Of a stretch of 64,000 bases of DNA, positions 60,806-64,000 are shown one piece after another. Under the pieces are notes generated by a model, which made no database searches, was not told where the DNA came from, and was given only the letters and a program-made list of their open reading frames with translations. The translations under genes and the position numbers were made by a program. Every line of letters begins with the position of its first letter. Position 1 is the stretch's first letter. This DNA is from Candidatus Bathyarchaeota archaeon (GTDB lineage Archaea; Thermoproteota; Bathyarchaeia; 40CM-2-53-6; RBG-13-38-9): positions 48,706 through 112,705 of the forward strand of contig JAGTRD010000002.1 of the NCBI GenBank assembly GCA_018396915.1. The letters run 5' to 3'.

Positions 60806-62128
60806 TCATACATATTGAACTATCTTCCTTTGCTTGTGATGAACCCTTAGAGTCACACTTGCCCTCACCCAATCTTTCAATGGGATGGTTAGGAATGTTA
60901 GGGTGTGGGATATGGCCCTATGTAGAGTATCGAATTTTACAGGTTCATTCTTCAACATTGCTCTGACGCTTTCCCTAACATTCCAGACTCCGACTGGAAG
61001 AATATAGTCTGGATGTATCTCTCTCAAGACCAGGCATGACGCCTGTCTACTTATTCTTCTGAGCTTCTCAGCAACGGCCAGCCTAGCTGCATAATAGCAT
61101 CCTCCAACACTAGCATACGATGTTCGGCCTCCATAGGTCTCATAGTCACCCATCAGTTCGGGGGTTGAGCCATCATAATTCCAGAATGTCTTTGGGTACC
61201 ACGCTTCGATCCATTCAAAGCTCCAACTCTCAGGGATAAATATGGCAGCATAGAGGTTGCCAATATTCTTGAACGTGTATACGTAATACTCATCTATCGT
61301 TGGATATTTTTTTATCTCTTCTATAATTCTGGATGAGATCGAAGTATCTACAGCTGTTATAGCCCATCTTGTTGGGACGAGCCGCCTTCTGGAACGGATT
61401 CCAAACATTCCTAGACTGAATGCACGTTGAATCCTTGTTACTAGGACACCTGCGTCGTAAAGTGATAATATGGCTTCTGAGGCTTTCATATCTGTATCGT
61501 AGAATGCACGCTCAATCCTACTGTCAACCGATATGTTTGGTACTATGAATTTTTTCATGGGGGCTGAAGGACCGAAGGGCTGGACATACTCATCCAAGAT
61601 TATGGGCCCACTGGGTCTCCTTGAGAAGATAGCCTCGGCTTCAGCAGGCCTCTTAGACATAGCCAACTCCTGAAAATCTTCGAGTAGCCTAGGAGGATTC
61701 TGGGTATCCGCCACATCGAACCTTACCTTACCTCTGACTAGAGAGTACCGGTAGTCAACGATGTCAAGGATGGACTTACCCACCCAAAATTCAGGGGTGT
61801 CAAGAATTTCAGTATCGCCATGGTATGGCGGAATCATCGGACCTACATATACTTTAGGGTATCCGATACGGCCAACAAAGAGGGCTGGTGGTGTAGTACC
61901 CTCGACATGATCCCTACATATCAAGTCTCGATGTTTAAAGATGGATTCAACCCTTACGAGCACAGGGCACATAGACTTTCCACAGAAGCCCCTAACACCC
62001 CTACAGTGAAGACATATCCTTGAGGAGGCTCCGCAACCTAGACTTATACCTACCAGCGATAAATATTCATGGGTGGGATTGTTCTCAACCCATTTCTCAG
62101 TCAGTGATACTTCACCAAAACCAGCCAA
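60806..62128 (-). CDS. Nre-family archaeal DNA repair protein (candidate)
   Basis: 440 aa, N-terminal Cys cluster (CGASSRICLHCRG..FCGKSMCP); neighbour of fen1; family call from memory. Confidence 0.45.
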   Translation of the reverse strand: MAGFGEVSLTEKWVENNPTHEYLSLVGISLGCGASSRICLHCRGVRGFCGKSMCPVLVRVESIFKHRDLICRDHVEGTTPPALFVGRIGYPKVYVGPMIPPYHGDTEILDTPEFWVGKSILDIVDYRYSLVRGKVRFDVADTQNPPRLLEDFQELAMSKRPAEAEAIFSRRPSGPIILDEYVQPFGPSAPMKKFIVPNISVDSRIERAFYDTDMKASEAILSLYDAGVLVTRIQRAFSLGMFGIRSRRRLVPTRWAITAVDTSISSRIIEEIKKYPTIDEYYVYTFKNIGNLYAAIFIPESWSFEWIEAWYPKTFWNYDGSTPELMGDYETYGGRTSYASVGGCYYAARLAVAEKLRRISRQASCLVLREIHPDYILPVGVWNVRESVRAMLKNEPVKFDTLHRAISHTLTFLTIPLKDWVRASVTLRVHHKQRKIVQYV

Positions 62129-62176
62129 GCGGTTTATCCACTCATTCTAGATGGAGCATCCCTCCAAGGATTAAGC

Positions 62177-63334
62177 TCAGCGTTGAGTCGTCTCCACAAT
62201 GATAAAGGAGACCTGTTTGAACTTCTCTAACCCTCCACCTGAAACATATATTGTAAGAGTGTAACTCCCAGTCGGAGCAACGGATTGAGTCACTATCTGA
62301 AGGGTCACAGTAGTCGTTCCGGTAGTGTTGAATCTCCCACCCTCAATAACCCACCTATGGTAGACTCCTATAGTTGGGAGGCCTGAAACCCTGAAGTTGA
62401 GGTCAGCCTCAAACCCCTCCCTAATGTTCAGTATTATGTTGAATGGTGTTATCTGCTCAACAACCTGCCCCACAATCATTCTGGAGACAGTCTGTGATGT
62501 AGGTTCAACTGTGAAATCGAAGTCTGGGACCTTGAGGATTGCAACTGATGAATTTCTCACCATCGTACCCTTTGGAGTGCTGACCCTCCCCTCAACATTT
62601 ATCAGATATCGGCCTGCAGGTATGAATTGGTCTGAAGTAGACCTTATCGTTAATTCTGAAGTCGCGCTCCCATCTGGTGGAGGTGAGACCGATACAGGGT
62701 TGAACTCAGCAGTCAACCCGCCAGGCAGTGTGTCTGAACCTCCCACGGTAACTCTCAATGTGACTGGCGAAGAGAACCCGTTGAAGGACCTCACCACAAC
62801 AGTTGTCTTAGCGCTCTGCTTCACATATACAGTCATTTCCTTCGACGCTATGTCTACTGCAAAATCTCCGACTGCTATTTTCCTTATAGGTTCAGCTGCA
62901 GAGTTTCCATACGCATCTGCTGCGGTGATGTAATAGTATAAGCTTCCCTGAACCTCTGACCCTGGTATCGTGTAGGAGTATTGGTCGCCGCCAGTAGCTA
63001 TAAGAAGCATGTATGCCTTTTTCCATTCAATGCGCTGGTAGGATCCAAGAGTGATGTTTCCAGGGAGGATCGTATAATACAAGGTTACATTCTTAGGCCA
63101 GCCTGTAACCCTGACTGTCAGGGTTATGTCCTGGCCCAATGATGCCTTTGTTATAGGTTCATGGGACATTGTAAGTCTCTGCCACCATCCTCCTGTCCCT
63201 CCTATCCCAGCTGAGAGTATGGCAAGGATTACGGCGATAACCAAGACGCTGACCATGAAGAGACCTACTAGGGCGAATATTTGCCTGCGAGAGGCAACCT
63301 CAACCCTCTCCTCGCTTGAGACTTCTTCTGTCAT
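62177..63334 (-). CDS. Membrane-anchored extracellular protein with Ig-like beta-rich repeats (hypothetical)
   Basis: 385 aa, single N-terminal TM/signal anchor, T/S/V-rich beta-strand repeats. Confidence 0.4.
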   Translation of the reverse strand: MTEEVSSEERVEVASRRQIFALVGLFMVSVLVIAVILAILSAGIGGTGGWWQRLTMSHEPITKASLGQDITLTVRVTGWPKNVTLYYTILPGNITLGSYQRIEWKKAYMLLIATGGDQYSYTIPGSEVQGSLYYYITAADAYGNSAAEPIRKIAVGDFAVDIASKEMTVYVKQSAKTTVVVRSFNGFSSPVTLRVTVGGSDTLPGGLTAEFNPVSVSPPPDGSATSELTIRSTSDQFIPAGRYLINVEGRVSTPKGTMVRNSSVAILKVPDFDFTVEPTSQTVSRMIVGQVVEQITPFNIILNIREGFEADLNFRVSGLPTIGVYHRWVIEGGRFNTTGTTTVTLQIVTQSVAPTGSYTLTIYVSGGGLEKFKQVSFIIVETTQR

Positions 63335-63432
63335 GGTTAACCTCCATTATTATATCTGCTCAGGTATATTAAGTAAAGCTTTTCCCATAATTTACTTTTT
63401 AGGTCTATGAAAAGTAGACTTGCAATTCTGGT

Positions 63433-63825
63433 TCAGCGGTCAAGCTTCTCAAGTCTCTCCATAGCTTCTAAGATCTCCCTTTTAATCCCTATAAGCCTCT
63501 GCTCAGTCTCACTCGCATGTAACCTCTCTCCGCTGGTATGTTCAGGCTCCTGCCTTCCAAGACTTGACCTTGAGAGCCTGACGGTTTCATAATCTGAACT
63601 TACTCTCAGAAGATATACTCCTGTCGCAAATAAGGTTGCAAAAATTCCCATCAGCAATATCGCCTGTATAACCACTGCATAGGTTAGTATTGAAAGTTCA
63701 CTGTTTATTGTGGTGTGCACGTTCTGTATTAACGATGTGAACCTTATGGTGAGCATTATGTCCAATATCAAACTTGCAATTCCAAATACTACCATAATGA
63801 CGCCTGCCATTCTCCAGCCGTTCAA
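63433..63825 (-). CDS. Small membrane protein (3 TM) with charged C-terminal coiled-coil tail, hypothetical
   Basis: 130 aa, hydrophobic N-terminal two-thirds. Confidence 0.3.
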   Translation of the reverse strand: MNGWRMAGVIMVVFGIASLILDIMLTIRFTSLIQNVHTTINSELSILTYAVVIQAILLMGIFATLFATGVYLLRVSSDYETVRLSRSSLGRQEPEHTSGERLHASETEQRLIGIKREILEAMERLEKLDR

Positions 63826-64000
63826 CTTTCAGATGCCCCTATGGAGTCGTTGATGTTACGTCTATGTAAATATGCCTGTGAGATAAAGAGTTTAGACCTC
63901 ATTTAGGCTCCAAAAGATATATTTGTTGGGCCACTCTTTGAGTTGAACGTGATCTTGAATGCCGATAACAGATATAGCTAAGAAGCAGTTGGCCCAGAAG

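Noticed and set aside
1-64000. CRISPR arrays, IS elements, integrases, toxin-antitoxin or other defence islands
   Set aside because: There are no short direct-repeat arrays. No transposase or integrase-like ORFs are present. The window is dense with conserved housekeeping genes. Nothing supports a mobile or defence element.

Overview
This is an archaeal chromosomal core region, about 45% GC, with Shine-Dalgarno-like GGAGG/GGTGG motifs ahead of many starts. It is densely packed with housekeeping operons; I see no rRNA, tRNA, CRISPR array or mobile element.

Gene content, left to right:
- **Amino-acid biosynthesis supercluster (1-20.7 kb):** hisA(partial)-hisF-hisIE; a second isopropylmalate/isocitrate-type dehydrogenase; leuA-leuB-leuD-leuC; ilvC-ilvN-ilvB; argG; and a LysW-carrier lysine/arginine (aminoadipate) pathway cluster. 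That cluster holds two divergent lysW-lysX modules around an Lrp-type regulator, followed by lysY-lysZ-lysJ-lysK and a homocitrate synthase with a fused C-terminal RAM domain.
- **Translation/transcription block (21-30 kb):** L7Ae-S28e-L24e-ndk-aIF5B-S6e-S24e-S27ae, then on the minus strand DUF359 dephospho-CoA kinase, spt4, rpoE', a PIN protein and aIF2gamma, then kae1 and bud32.
- **Ether-lipid and mevalonate cluster (31-40 kb):** sn-glycerol-1-phosphate dehydrogenase (G1PDH), a DUF2070-like membrane protein, geranylgeranylglyceryl phosphate synthase (GGGPS), digeranylgeranylglyceryl phosphate synthase (DGGGPS), HMG-CoA reductase, IDI-2, mevalonate kinase and a MEMO1-like protein.
- **Ribosomal/RNAP operon:** S2-eno-rpoN-S9-L13-L18e-rpoD.
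- **Remainder:** CoaBC, a bacterial-type grpE-dnaK-dnaJ operon, trm5, pcm, FEN1, Nre and membrane/secreted proteins.

The most striking observation is in the aIF5B (infB) gene. Its GTPase P-loop is split between LGH and VDHGKTT by an in-frame 36-nt insert that carries two stop codons and folds into a bulge-helix-bulge-like hairpin. I interpret this as a candidate archaeal mRNA intron; such introns were previously known essentially only in cbf5.

Other points worth a second look are the duplicated LysW carrier proteins, two tandem stand-alone RAM-domain genes, and two long structured intergenic regions (10.7-11.2 kb and 60.5-60.8 kb) that may encode ncRNAs.
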